This document shows positions 25,315-37,724 of a stretch of DNA of 64,000 bases, in pieces. The DNA is from Amoebophrya sp. A120 (taxonomy: Eukaryota; Protista; Dinoflagellata), in the NCBI GenBank assembly GCA_905178155.1, contig CAJINV010000008.1:1798001-1862000 (forward strand). Reading direction: 5' to 3'. The position numbers and the translations under genes were made by a program. The first letter of the stretch is position 1. Each line of letters begins with the position of its first letter. The notes below the pieces were generated by a model, which ran no database searches, was not told where the DNA came from, and saw nothing but the letters and a program-made list of their open reading frames with translations.

Positions 25315-25750
25315 CGCCCACCGCCCAACGGCCAACGGCAACCGGCCAAATCGCAAACGGCCAACCGCCAACCGCCAACGGCCAAATCGCAAACGGCCAA
25401 ATCGCAAACGGCCAACGGCCAGCGGCCGAATCGCAAACGGCCAACGGCCAAATCGCAAACGGCCAACGGCCAAATCGCAAACGGCCAACGGCCAAATCGC
25501 AAACGGCCAACGGCCAAATCGCAAACGGCCAACGGCCAAATCGCAAACGGCCAACGGCCAAATCGCAAACGGCCAACGGCCAAATCGCAAACGGCCACCG
25601 GCCAGCGGCCACCGGCCAAATCGCAAACGGCCAACCGCCAACCGCCAACGGCCAAATCGCAAACGGCCAAATCGCAAACGGCCAACGGCCAGCGGCCGAA
25701 TCGCAAACGGCCAACGGCCAAATCGCAAACGGCCAACGGCCAGCGGCCAT
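25315..25750. repeat. Minisatellite built from GGCCAAC (7 bp) and GGCCAAATCGCAAAC (15 bp) subunits, modal unit 22 bp
   Basis: Directly visible tandem array. A higher-order block starting near 25342 recurs near 25612. Confidence 0.95.
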
Positions 25751-25754
25751 TTTG

Positions 25755-26050
25755 CAGCTCGGAATATTTTCAAGCTCGAAATATTTCCCAGCTCGGAATA
25801 TTTCCCAGCTCGAGATATTTTCCAGCTCGAAATATTTTCCAGCTCGAAATATTTTCCAGCTCAAAATATTTTCCGGCTCGAAATATTTTCCGGGTCGAAA
25901 TATTTCCCGGGTCGCAATATTTTCCGGCTCGAAATATTTTCCGGGTCGAAATATTTCCCGGGTCGAAATATTTTCCGGGTCGAAATATTTTCCGGGCCGA
26001 AATATCTTCCGGGTCGAAATATTTCCCAGCTCGAAATATTTTCCAGCTCC
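25755..26050. repeat. 17-bp minisatellite GCTCGAAATATTTTCCA / GGTCGAAATATTTTCCG (about 17 copies)
   Basis: GCTCG recurs at 25808, 25825 and 25842 (period 17). Each unit contains the palindrome AAATATTT. Confidence 0.95.
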
Positions 26051-26243
26051 AAGGTATTTTGCGACGCAAAATATTTTGCAGGGTCGCTCGGATCTGCGCG
26101 ATCGCGTGGCGCTTCCTTAATGAAATTTCTAAGGAAAAAAAAACTGCAGCCCAGCTGGAGAGCAACGCGATCAGGCGGCCGAAGACCGAAGGCGGCGATC
26201 GCATCCCTGCAAGCTGTGCGTGGATTGTCGCCTGTCCTACTGC

Positions 26244-26817
26244 GAAATCTTTCCCCTGGGTAGCCAGAATTGCTGTGCTAAACACAGCAACTCGGGAAAA
26301 ACAAACAAAATTTCCCTCCCCTTGCCCGTACCTTCCCACTATGCCAATATCCCCTCACTATCCTGATACCCTCCCAGTACCCTCCTGGGAAATCTTTCCC
26401 CTGGGTAGCCAGAATTGCTGTGCTAAACACGGCAACTCGGGCAAAAGAGCGAACTTTTCCCATCCGTTGCCAATATCCTCCGACTATCCTGAAGACATCC
26501 TCCCACTATCCTATTGGAAATCTTTCTCCTGGGTAGCCAGAATTGCTGTGCTAAACACGGCAACTCTGGAAAAAAAAATATCCTCTCACTATCCTGATAC
26601 CCTCCCAATATCGTACTGAAAACCCGATCCCCGGGTAGCCAGAAGAGCTATGCTGAGCGCGCCAACTACTAAAAAGAAGCAAACTTCTATCATTCGGCCC
26701 CAATATCCTGGCACTAGACCGGTAGCCCCCACTTACCCCAATGCCTTCCCATTAGGCCATTGTCTTCCCCGGGTAGCCAGAATAGCTGTGCTAAACACAG
26801 CAACTCGGGGAAAAAAA
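26244..26817. repeat. Five degenerate copies of a ~50-bp hairpin-containing repeat, period 102-145 bp
   Basis: GGGTAGCCAGAATTGCTGTGCTAAACAC(A/G)GCAACTC cores start at 26258, 26403, 26531, 26633 (degenerate) and 26771. Confidence 0.9.
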
Positions 26818-26839
26818 CCGAAAAGCCCCGACGTCCCCC

Positions 26840-27960
26840 CTGGAAATGCCCTTAGACATCTCCGCCCGAGCTTCCACCTGGATATGCCTTGAGGTGTCTT
26901 GCTTCGCCTGAAATTGCAGCAATTCCCGCGCTGCAGATGCCTTCTCAAAGTGTTTCCAGCTGGACTCCCAGATAGAAATGTATGGAGCAGGCCTCTTCAG
27001 CTGGAAATCCAGCTGGAAACACTTTGAACAGGCCAGGTGGGAAATGCATTGATAGGGCGTCTGCAGCTGCATTTCCAGGTGGAAATGCGCTGCAGATGCC
27101 TTTTCCAAATGTTTCCAGCTGGATTTCCAGCTGGAAACGCACTGAAAAAGCGTGCGCCGCCGTTGGGTGGGGAACGCCACCGGCGGCCAATCACCAGGCG
27201 AGCAGCTGCCCACCACCCTCCCCCGGCGCCCTCCCTGCTCTGTTCGCGAAGGGAAAGTCGCGCCCCAGCGCCAGGCTTGCAGGCGAGCAGCTGCCCACCA
27301 CCCTTCCCCGGCGTCCTCCCTCTGTTCACGAAGAGGCCGGCAGAGGGCGCCACCATCCGCCGTCTCTGTCTTGGAGGGTGCGCGCGAGGGAAGCAGGCGG
27401 GGGCACAACAGATTGCATGCGGGCTAACACGGGGGGCGCCGTTGTTGTCCGGGGGTGCTGGGGGAGGGTGATGGGCCCCTGCGCCTGGAGGGCAATGTAT
27501 GAATGCCCCGCCCCGGCGCCCGTCCTCCATCCACGCGCGCGGCAGGGGCCCCAGCGCGCCCCCGTTCTGCAAGGCTGCGCGCGGGAGAAGGGCGGGGGGC
27601 ACGAAGGCGCACAGGGGCGGGGCACACAGGCAGGCGGCACGAACGGGCCACACCGCAAACGCGCGGGCGGGGCGTCACGCGCCACAGCCTCGCATGGCGC
27701 GGCCTGTTCCCCCGTCCACTGGCGGCCGCCTGCTGCCGCGCTTTGCGTTGTTGCTTGGGCCTAAGGCTTGCCGCCAAGCAAACGCGCGCCCAGTGCGGGC
27801 GGGCGGGCCCTCGCGCTCGCACAACGACGGGAACCACGGGCGCCATGGCGCTCCGCCTTCGTTCTTTCAGCAAGAAGCGGCGCAGATGCCTGGCCCCGCC
27901 CTGCATCAAAAATCTTTTCCCTTGCCCCTCTGGCGTTTTTCTTTCCCCCCCGTCCACTCG
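26840..27960. repeat. Degenerate CTGGAAA/TTTCCAGCTGG motif region followed by a GC-rich low-complexity block
   Basis: Recurrent TTTCCAGCTGGA and GCTGCAGATGCC in 26840-27150. CAGGCGAGCAGCTGCCCACCACCCT is duplicated at about 27195 and 27280. Confidence 0.6.
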
Positions 27961-30900
27961 TTCACCCTCCCACTGCGCGACATAAGTTGTTTCCTTGTAT
28001 TAAGGATTTTGATTTTCACCTGCTTGAGCTGTTCCTCTATTGCTGTTTGCGTCGCGTAGCCAGCTGGTACTTCTTCGCGGTGTCATCATCTTCAAACCTG
28101 CGTACGAAATTTTAGGAGTGCTCATACCTTCAATTTCTTGGCATGCGGCCTAGTATAGCGCAAGTGAAACTAAAACCCTTTTCAGCGAACCTCTTCATTG
28201 CAGATCTTGAGCGTATCAATCTTGAAGTGGTGACGTTTTGCTTTTTGGTACTACTCGATATAATCATCAAAGAAACTACAAATAAAGCATCAATACTCTT
28301 CCTCGTCTTCCTCCTCGGCTTCTTGCAGCCCCATGGAGATTTTGTGTGCGGCGGTAAGGTACTCAGGGCACTTCTCCCCCTCGAGGTACTCAACCATGCG
28401 CTCCATGGCCGCGGCATCAGCGGCACGCCGCTCTTACGTATGACTTTGCAAAACTACCCGGACGTCTAGCATCAAAAGAAAAGTCAAAGTGGTCTAAAGT
28501 GGTTCGCATGCAAATTAATGGGTGCTCATGATATCTCGAAGTGCCTCTTGCTGTTCAAGTTCATGTTCTGTCTGGTACTACCGCAATTCATTAACACTTC
28601 AATTCACTTCAACTACGACAAAAAGTCGAAACAAAATTACCTACGTTCGGTTCCTGCACCAGTAGATGTTTCAAAGTCATACTGCATCTTCCCGATGAAC
28701 ATTCCCATTGTCGCTGTCTTGGTACTGGTACTAAAGACAACGCAGAGGTCCAGTTACGCACTCGAACTACTTGAGGAATGAAAAAGGGTCGTGGTGCAGA
28801 ACGCGTTGAAAGACAGTGTCAGCCACCTCTCTGTCTTTCTCCTGCCTTCCCGCCTCATGATCCATAGCAGAAGTGGAGGTGTGCTCCTTAATCGTGTACG
28901 GTCTTGTCAAACTCCTTGTGGTGGTTCCCTTTGTGAGCAAGAGAGTGGATAGAAGTCGTGCGTCTGCCCAGAAGACGTCGCCTCGGCCTGGATTCGATTC
29001 TTGTCAAGATACTTTCTTACTGTGCTCAGGCTTCCGAAGCGCTGATGAGCCTACTCAACCACTCGCACTATGCCGCCTTGTGCCAGGACGAAAGCAAAGC
29101 GGGTGAGACACCTGCAGCGCAGGGCTGGACAACCGGATCGGGGGTATTACTTTGCCTAGCAGAACGCGAGTGAGGCTATGAGGACCCGGCTTTCGCTTCT
29201 TCTTCTTCCATTGTCTTCGTCAGGCTTTTCCGCTCCCATTCATTTGCTCCTATCAGCAGGTACACGATACTTGGAGAGGGTAGAGGCGAACACGGCGCGG
29301 CCGGAATTTATTTCCCTCTCACCCTGCGAATTTACAGCAAACACGAGGAGACGACCGGCATCCTGCGGCCGGAGCACCTTGACCTTGTAGCATTATCGAC
29401 CTTGCATTCATATGCTCTGACATTGTAAGTTTCAAATGGAACTACAACTGACTCGCGCTTTCGCTCACAATGCTGGCAAGTGTTTAGTACGAGTGAAAAA
29501 TACACGATGGGTGGGGAATCGGACTCGGACATAGAGTAGCTTCTGCTATAAAATAAATCTCAAGCCTCTGGAGGAAGTGTGGAAGCGGAAACCAACAAGA
29601 GTCAAACGGACACACATCACCTGGATGCCTGCGAAATCCGTTTATCAGTTCAGAACTCCATCTATCTTCCTCTCCAATAGAGTGCTCAATTTGCATTCCT
29701 CGGTAATTGCGCGAAGTGGCAACCTCCCTCTGTCTCTCTCTCTCGATCTCTCAACACATGTCGACCATTCCTCGACACTCGATCTCTCTGTAAAAAGACG
29801 AGTCGACGTGGACGAATTCATCTGATTTAAGAAAGTAAGCCTCTCGCCCTCTCTGCGCTCAAACTGAAACTGAACCGGGCTCCTGCATAATGCTGCGGAT
29901 TTTGCGAAAAAACATAAAGCCGTTCCTTGGTCATGGCCTGATCGACGCATGGTATTCCTCTAGCGTGTCATCGACCCCGTCGACGACAACGACGACCACA
30001 CTTCAGGATGCAAAGTAAGTCTGCATGCGAAGTGATGCAGAACGCCTTTCAAGTTTTGCACTGGGTTCCGCTACCCTGCCGAGCAGTCGCCGGCGCGGCC
30101 GATTCACAGCAACCAGAAGTGCCAAGATCGACAGAACAAGATATGACTCTAGTGGGTGAAAATTGCTTTGCACACTGCAAAAAGCTGCACAAAACTAGCC
30201 TGCTGGCTCGCCAACATCGTGTCAGCAAGGTCGTTCTTTTCGCTTTGCTTCAAGGGGATAGATTATCAATATTCTTCTTGATTAGTAATAGTATTTCCAG
30301 ACAAATTAGCTATTTTTCATTTTCCTGCAATCGCGACATAATTCAAGAAATCACTTAGTTTTTCAGTTGTAAAATTGTCAAACAAAGCAAAGAAATTAGT
30401 CTCAACATGATTGAAGTTCCGTTCACAAATAGCGGAAATCAGCATACGGCTAGCAACCATAATCTACTCCTGTACTTGACGGATCAACGATGGGCTTCTC
30501 ACGATATGTGATCAAAGTGAGGAATTCGAAGATCATGATTGCTGCCTAGCCTTGAAGTCCGCAGTGTTACGTCTTTAATCTTAGTCTTGTAAAAGTTTCT
30601 GCTGGGTTCGGATTGACATTAACAATTGTAGAGTAGACAATCTGGGGAATGATCATGATTCATCGCCACTCCTCTGTCATAAAGCGTACACATCCTGGGA
30701 TGCGTAATGTAGAAGAAGCTAGCTACCTCTTGGGAAAGGATCGGTGGTGCTGCCATCGTTCTACAAACAAAATTTCCATTAGTTCTTACTGTAATATGTG
30801 TACTTAAAGTCATAATAAATACATACTGCAACATGATATCGCAACGCCGTCCTTTGCGCGCCCTGCTAGGAATTGATTTAGAGTTTTGCATTTTTAAACT

Positions 30901-31512
30901 TATTAAACAAAATGAAATTAAAAACTATACAAAGACTACAAGAGCTAGTATGAGATCGCGACTTCCTTGCAGTTGCAACTTCATCTTATTCAACTGCAAT
31001 CAAATAAAGAATGAATCCCACGTACTGGTAGAGCTCCACCTGCAAGCGACAAAGAAGATCGCGCTTCGTAATTTTTCACAAAACGGTCTGACTGAAGATA
31101 TTTATTCTCCACCGCGGCTACTTAGTATTGCGAGCACGCACAACGAGTATTTTTATTTGAACGCACTTTTGCTTTTGGGGGGCGCGAGGCCCCCACGTAC
31201 TCTTTCGCGGTGCGAAGACCCAACCCCTGAATTTTGAACGTCGACAAAAGTAATCACCCCATTGAAATTACTTAGTTCCAAAACACTGCAGCTAGTCCTA
31301 GTGACTACGACGACTATAATTTTTTGTTTTTGATGATGAACGGCATCTATCAAAGCGTCACGAATATAATTGCCAAAGGCGAAAATTTCCAGTTCCAGTA
31401 CGTACTGTACTACAAAAGACGGTACAACAGTTAAGTACTTGTACTGCGAGGACGACGAGCAAGAGAAAGAGTGTGATAACAACAGCCGCCCGGCACCGCA
31501 TTTGCTTCGCTA

Positions 31513-32046
31513 TTACGCCGAGATGAAAAGAGAGTCGTGTCTTTGCCTAGCAGCACTCCCGTAGTCGCGGAGTCGAGAATCGCCTGCAGCAGAAAAATAC
31601 TGAGGACGAGGTAGCTCCGAAGACCGCGGCGGACGAGGTAGCTCCGGCAGTGGCGTAGGCATGTGCCGCACTTTTTCTGGCTTTTCTTCATCTTCACTTC
31701 CATCTGCTTCTGCTGGTCGAAAGAAACGAAACCAATCAAATGAGTCAAAAACTTCGTTACCACGTGGCGAAAAGCTCCGCGCCATACCGGTGCGAAAACT
31801 GAGACTTCTCCTGTCGACTATGTCATCCTTTGCGTTTTTGTGATCAATGAGGTTTGTTATGAAATATAGAAAGGACTGGCAATTGAAGGAATGGTAGCCA
31901 TCGCGCCAGTAGGCTCGCATGCCTCCTACGATGGACGAGAACTCCATCACCCGGTACAGGTGCGGATTGCCGAAACCAAACATCCTGCTGGACACCATCA
32001 GTATCACATATTCCCCTGCAGTGAGCTGGGTCTCAATCACATTCAA
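31513..32046 (-). CDS. Hypothetical protein (probable exon)
   Basis: 177-aa minus-strand ORF with plausible composition; no motif recognised. Confidence 0.3.
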   Translation of the reverse strand: MNVIETQLTAGEYVILMVSSRMFGFGNPHLYRVMEFSSIVGGMRAYWRDGYHSFNCQSFLYFITNLIDHKNAKDDIVDRRSLSFRTGMARSFSPRGNEVFDSFDWFRFFRPAEADGSEDEEKPEKVRHMPTPLPELPRPPRSSELPRPQYFSAAGDSRLRDYGSAARQRHDSLFISA

Positions 32047-33291
32047 CGCCGGATGAGCCTGTTGTGGACGTTGGTTTTAAGATTGATGTCTAGCAGTGTC
32101 GTCTTCGTGGCTTCGACTTACTTGTATGATGATGTATATACTTAAATATACCGACTTCCTGGTATCCAGCTAAGTAGTATCCGTTTCACAGTCTCATCAC
32201 CCACGCTCGCTTTATTCTACCCTAGCGAAGTGCTGTTGCAGCTTCTGGGTAGTGCAAGCATCTTTACAGACAGAAATTGAAGGTGGTACGCTGAGGCAGA
32301 AAGCAAGAAGACTGGAACAGAAAAATGCTGCAGTTCGCCGCTGGCCGGGCATTGCTGATCCGCTCGTCCACTGGGACAAACAAAACCGGATCCGCCCGCG
32401 CAGAAAACCCAAAACCCCACAGTTGTCCTCTTTTGAAATCAGTTGATGTGAAGAGGAAGCCTACAAGCCCAAAGATGCTCCTCAAGCCATGAACCTGGCC
32501 ACTCAATGCACCCAACCCAAACGCCTACGCCATTGCGAAGTGCGCTAAGGTTCAGCGCGAGCGTGCTCTCTTCTGGTGGTTTGGCGCTGACTCTTGTTCA
32601 TGTGGTAGTGGGCAAGTAATCAAGCCGTGAATCATCAGGACCTAAAGAAGTGGAGTTCGAGGTATACGCGGAGCATCTCGCCGGTGTTCGTGTTCGTCTG
32701 GTAAGAGACAAAAATGGCACTGGCGATAATGACTCGGGACGCCAAGGCCAGATGCCTCAGGAATTCGTGTCATCGTCAACATCGTAGCACCGAACTACTT
32801 CATAGATATGGTGGCCTGTGTAGCCGTAGCGTCTGAGGAATGACCCAGCCCTGAATTTGCAGAAGGGCCACAGCATGCATCGGAGTTGTAAGGCAGCTCC
32901 AAGCTAGCTAGAGTGAGGGCCAAAAGCTGAGAAGGGGAGTTCTCGACACTGGCCGCAATTTGCCAAGATTACATGAAACGAAAACGCTCTTGGGCGTCAG
33001 CGTTTATTATGAGTGCACTATGTGCAGCTGCTCTATTGTTTTCATATTGCAATCGTGATCCTCGAAACATCTATTTGTATCTATTTTCATGCCTTTTTTC
33101 ACGCTCGGGCTGATCTAAAGGCCATGCATGCAGGTGCAGCCGCGTCATTCATTCACGTTGGTTGTACCTAGAGGCACCTTGGGCCGCAGCACTATGCACC
33201 ATGTGCAGTTCCTGCGTTTCGTACGGCGCCGCAATCGCCTACCTTATGCTATCGCCTATATTTCGCACGACGTGTATGTTAACGCAATGGC

Positions 33292-35406
33292 CTATAGTGT
33301 GCTACTCCCGAATAAACGTAATATTATAAGTACAACTACACTCAGGACAATGACAGGAACAAAATAAAATCGGAACAAATTCTGTACGTCGTAGTTTTCC
33401 TCATCACTGTGCTTCTGCTCATTTGGACGAAGACCACCAGACGAGAACCCTTCGTCCTCACGTTTTTTGTCCTTCTTTTCATCTTCTTGCGACAGCGCGA
33501 GCTTGCCGCCGTAACTGTAACGCTCGTATATTGTCACTTCTTGTCCTCGTCCGCGATTCCAGATTTTCGACGTCACCTTGAATTCCATGAACTGGTGGAT
33601 CTTTTCTTTAAATACTTCTACCCCGCTCGGCAGGCTCACCGACTCTTCTTGTGATCGTTTTAGTGTCACCTCGACTGCAGCCGCGCCCAAACTCGTTCTC
33701 GGGATGTTTCGCTTGGCTAGCGCCGTCATGAATACCTTGCGATTGCGCGTCCAATTCTGCAGTAGGTGGTCTGTGCCAAGAAAATAAGATCCGCGACTTG
33801 GTAGCACACCGCACGAGCTGGCTCCCGCGATATTTTTGAGTTTGACTTTGAGAAATGGCCTTTTTTTAGCCTTAGATAGGTGGCCCTATCGCTTTGGATT
33901 AAATGGCCGAATGGACGGGAACTGGCCAGGACAGGACAGAAGTATAGTAAGGGCACAGCCCAGCCTCTTACACTTACTCAGGCCATTGCAAATAGAAATT
34001 GCTGTTCTGTTGCACCCGACTCACCCCACGCAAAGACATTCGCGATTCAATGACCACAAGAAAGCTATGCCAGAATGAATCAAAATGATGCGACCGAACG
34101 CGCACTGCAGCACCACTTGTTGTGACCGCGGGGATCTTTGGCAATCGGCCCGAGACGCAGAAAAATCCCGCGGGCTAGGCTAGTACCAAAACGCGAAAAG
34201 TAAGTAGTGCTTCTGATGCCATGCAAGGTCTTTGCAGCCAATTCATTCGCGCGGCCGCCGGTGTGCGATGTGTGCAAGTCTGGCGGAATAGCACTGAGCT
34301 GGCATACTATAGACTAAGATGCCTTGTAATTGGGTCTTCAGAGGTGACACCCCAGTGTCTTCGTATTTTGGCGCCTCTCCACGATCGATGCGATATGCCA
34401 CCAGCTTCAGCGCCGTCGTCACGAGTCCCATAGCCAAATTTCTCCATTCATACTCAAGTGCGTCTTTGATTTGTCTGTCAATGTGCTTGTCTTCCTGCCG
34501 AGATACCGCGTTTCCTATCTGCACTGCAACTTGCACCACGCGCCCCGCCACCCATTTTGGTGCCTCTCGATCTTTGACGTTGTCTAGCCGAAGATTTTCA
34601 TCCTCCCCCTCGATTTCTTGTCTAGCAACTTTGATGAAGCTCTCCGATGGCAAGGTCGTGCTGTCGCGAGCAAAGAGGCGCCCAAGAAAATCTTTTTTGT
34701 TGGCAGCGGGGGGGTCGAGGTACCGCAAAGCTTTAAACTTCAGCGGCTTGGAGAGATCACTCAGCCGTCGATCATCAGCTGACGTTCCTTCGAACAGCTT
34801 ACGCAAAGGGCCAGCTGCAGCGTCTTCGCTGAAGGCTTTGCTCCATGCGTACTGCCATGGAAGAACAAGATTTTCATGGTCAATAAATTCACGACGTTTC
34901 TCGTCCATGTACCCACCGAAGTCGAGAGTCTCGGCATTTATCGCTCCTGTCAAGCGCTCGTCACCGTTGTAAAAGTTTGGCCGTGGCTCAGATAAGCTGA
35001 AGAGCAAATACGTGCAGAAGCCTTTCGCCATTTTCTCGAGGAAGCGTTGCGTGTGTTCTCCAATTTTGCCTTGGTCCTTTTGGTTTTCAAAAAGATATTC
35101 TTTTTTGACGTCGTGAACTCTCCGCTTAACTTCACTCACAAAAATTTTACCGCGGCCTTTCATATCATTGGGATCCAGAATTTTGTCTCTTTCGGCGTTG
35201 TTCTGGTTCGCATCGTACTTCGATGGTGTTTGTTTATTTTTTCTTGGATCGACCCACTCTCCGTACTTGATCCATTGAAACAACGGTGCTTCCACCTCTT
35301 TTGCAATGTCCAGGCCCCAGTATCGTCGTCGCACGACCTCGTTCATCTTTTCGTAAATGTCCGCGCTGGAGTAGAACGCCTTGGCCTTGTTGTGAGGCAA
35401 TATCAA
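33292..35406 (-). CDS. Hypothetical protein (387-aa and 171-aa ORFs, possibly exons of one gene)
   Basis: Long charged, globular-looking ORFs on the same strand as all other genes; no family recognised. Confidence 0.5.
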
Positions 35407-36397
35407 GTGGTAAACATGCCGCCTGTATCTGCTGAGCTGCAGATGGGAAAAGCCGTGGCGCTCTCCGTACTTTTCTCGTTACGCTTACGCGACAAAAGGT
35501 CTCTATCACCATAAGGCAGCCTATCTACACTGTTGCACTAGCGCAAACAACATGCTGGCTGAGGGCACCTATTCCTAACTCTATCGTTGAATAAATAAAA
35601 GGAATAGCCTAGTCGAAATCCTCTAAGCTGTACAAAGCACAGGGTTTTCTTGTGTCCAAAAAAACCCATGCGCTTTCACACTCGGGCACTCCAGGGACTG
35701 GAATACCAGCCCCAGAATAACCTGACTTGATGGTGTAATCAGGGTTCAAACTCAACCTGCGTCGGACCACCTCCCCCCTTGAATTTGTACCACAGGGAGG
35801 GGGACAAAAACCCCAAGACGAGAAGAAACGATGGCAAACGCCATGCGTTTGCTCTCGTTTCCATCTTCCCCCTCCAGCGTGTATTAACACGAGGCAGAAA
35901 CTGCAGCAAAAGCCAAGTTTTCTAAATGCCGCAGCAAAAGAGCCTGAGAACTCTTGCAGCCATTCACAAGTTGTGTCAGACTTAGTCTCAGATGGGCAAA
36001 GCGAACCAAAAAGACCTTTCTGTCGAAGAATCAGCCGTCACTTTTGAAAAACGAATAGCTTTCGGAATTCCTCTCGTCGATCACACACACGCTGCATGAT
36101 GTCATCTAATAGACAAAAGGCCTCAGTTGTGTTCGTGTTTCTGGTGTCGTCTCTATTGATATTGTCATGCAAAATCCATTCAAAGACAAAGAAATCAAGC
36201 AAACACGGAAACAGAGACTAAGATGAAAATAAACAGGTACTTATCTTCATCTGAGTAAGTACTTCCTTGAATGAAAAATCATCATCACCAGTATCGCGCA
36301 TCCTGAGCTGTAGGAGGACGTCGACTACAACAGACACGAACAATAAATTCAGTATTCTGCCTTCAAGTTTTCATTTGAGGTAGCTTGCATAGATGAT

Positions 36398-37724
36398 CTA
36401 TGTCCTCCTTGACCAATCGTCTTTTGCACAGTTGCTCGCAAATTTGCAACAATACATGATGCGCGTTAGCCACTTGATATCTAAATTACGCACATCCTCG
36501 ACGTAAGTGTCTGGCTCTTCGTCGTCATCATCGTCGAGTTGCTGCTCTAGTGATTTTTGATCTTTCGGAGGACCATCTGAATCCAGATCACCTGCCCCGT
36601 ATCTGCCGGTGGAAGAAGAAGGCGCCGTGCCCCGTGTGACCCATTGGTTCTCGTTTCCCAACCAGATCCGTTCATGTTGGTCCTCGGAAACCGATCGAGG
36701 TAAAGGTGGGCCTTGGCTTGTAGTTGTGCGCGTTGAAAAAGGTGCAGGAGTTGACGCCCCTGAAACCCGCGTCGGCCTTGGACGCGAAAGAGCATCACCA
36801 GAGGGTCGAGCGCTGATCGGGTACCGTGTCTTCGGTGACTCCAACAGTTTGGTATTTTCGCTCTCCTGCGGCGAGTGGGATATGCTGGGTCGTCCCTGTC
36901 GGTTTGCATTTATCAGAAGGGAATCTGCTGGCACCCATGGATGCCTCAGGCATACCATCTGGTTTCTACTCTTACTTATTGCCCTAGGTCCACAATAATG
37001 CGCACGAGATCAAAATCAACCCTTTGCTCGCAGCTTATGGTGTGCGAGTGACTGTCTCCTGAAGTATGCAGCTAATATAGCAAGTTTTTTACGCTATAAC
37101 AATCAAACTGAAAATCAGTGAATCTCGAATGTTCCTCGAATGCGGCAAATCAGACATGGAAGATTATACTTATAGAGCGTTCAGTTCCTGTACATCGTCA
37201 CAATCAGATGAAATCTCACGCAACATAGCCAGGCAGACTGTGCAGCAGCACGTTTGTTTCTTTTGGAACCCTTTGAAAAGGATAGATAAAGATGGGATAG
37301 ATAGCAGAAAAGGATAGATTGATACCGCCGGCTGGGTTCTCGTCACAGTTCCGGGCCGCCCCACCTCTTCCCGGCGGCCCGACCTGCTCAGGGAGAGCTC
37401 ACTTTGTTGAAGAGACGCACGGACATGCGGAGAGCCTGCAAGTCCTGGTGCTGATGGTATCCTGGTGCTCGAAGCAGGAGAGACACCAGGCGAACGCGGT
37501 GGCGCACGTGGAGAACCGCTACCGGTTCGAGCACGGGCAGCAGCAGGCGCCGACTGAGCCCGAGCATGCCCAGCACCACCAACTACACCCGGCTGCCCGT
37601 ACAGCGGCCGAGGCTGCTCAATTCTCGCAGCAGGAGAACCCTGGGTGATTCCAGGCCTGGGGGCTCCCAAGCCGTAGGGTCCACTGACGGATTCCTCCTT
37701 CCTGTCGAGCTTTGTCCTAGCCAA
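36398..37724 (-). CDS. Hypothetical Pro/Ser/Arg-rich protein (probable two or more exons)
   Basis: ORFs 37170-37724 and 36398-36958 are both low-complexity and co-oriented; no motif recognised. Confidence 0.35.

Noticed and set aside
25140-26619. Long ORFs (483, 330, 219 aa) over the satellites
   Set aside because: They are open in several frames on both strands only because the repeat units lack stop codons.
26244-26817. CRISPR array
   Set aside because: Spacers are uneven and related to one another, the repeats are long and degenerate, there are no cas genes, and the context is eukaryotic.
28950-29015. tRNA-like T-loop (GGATTCGATTC)
   Set aside because: No cloverleaf or acceptor stem could be built.
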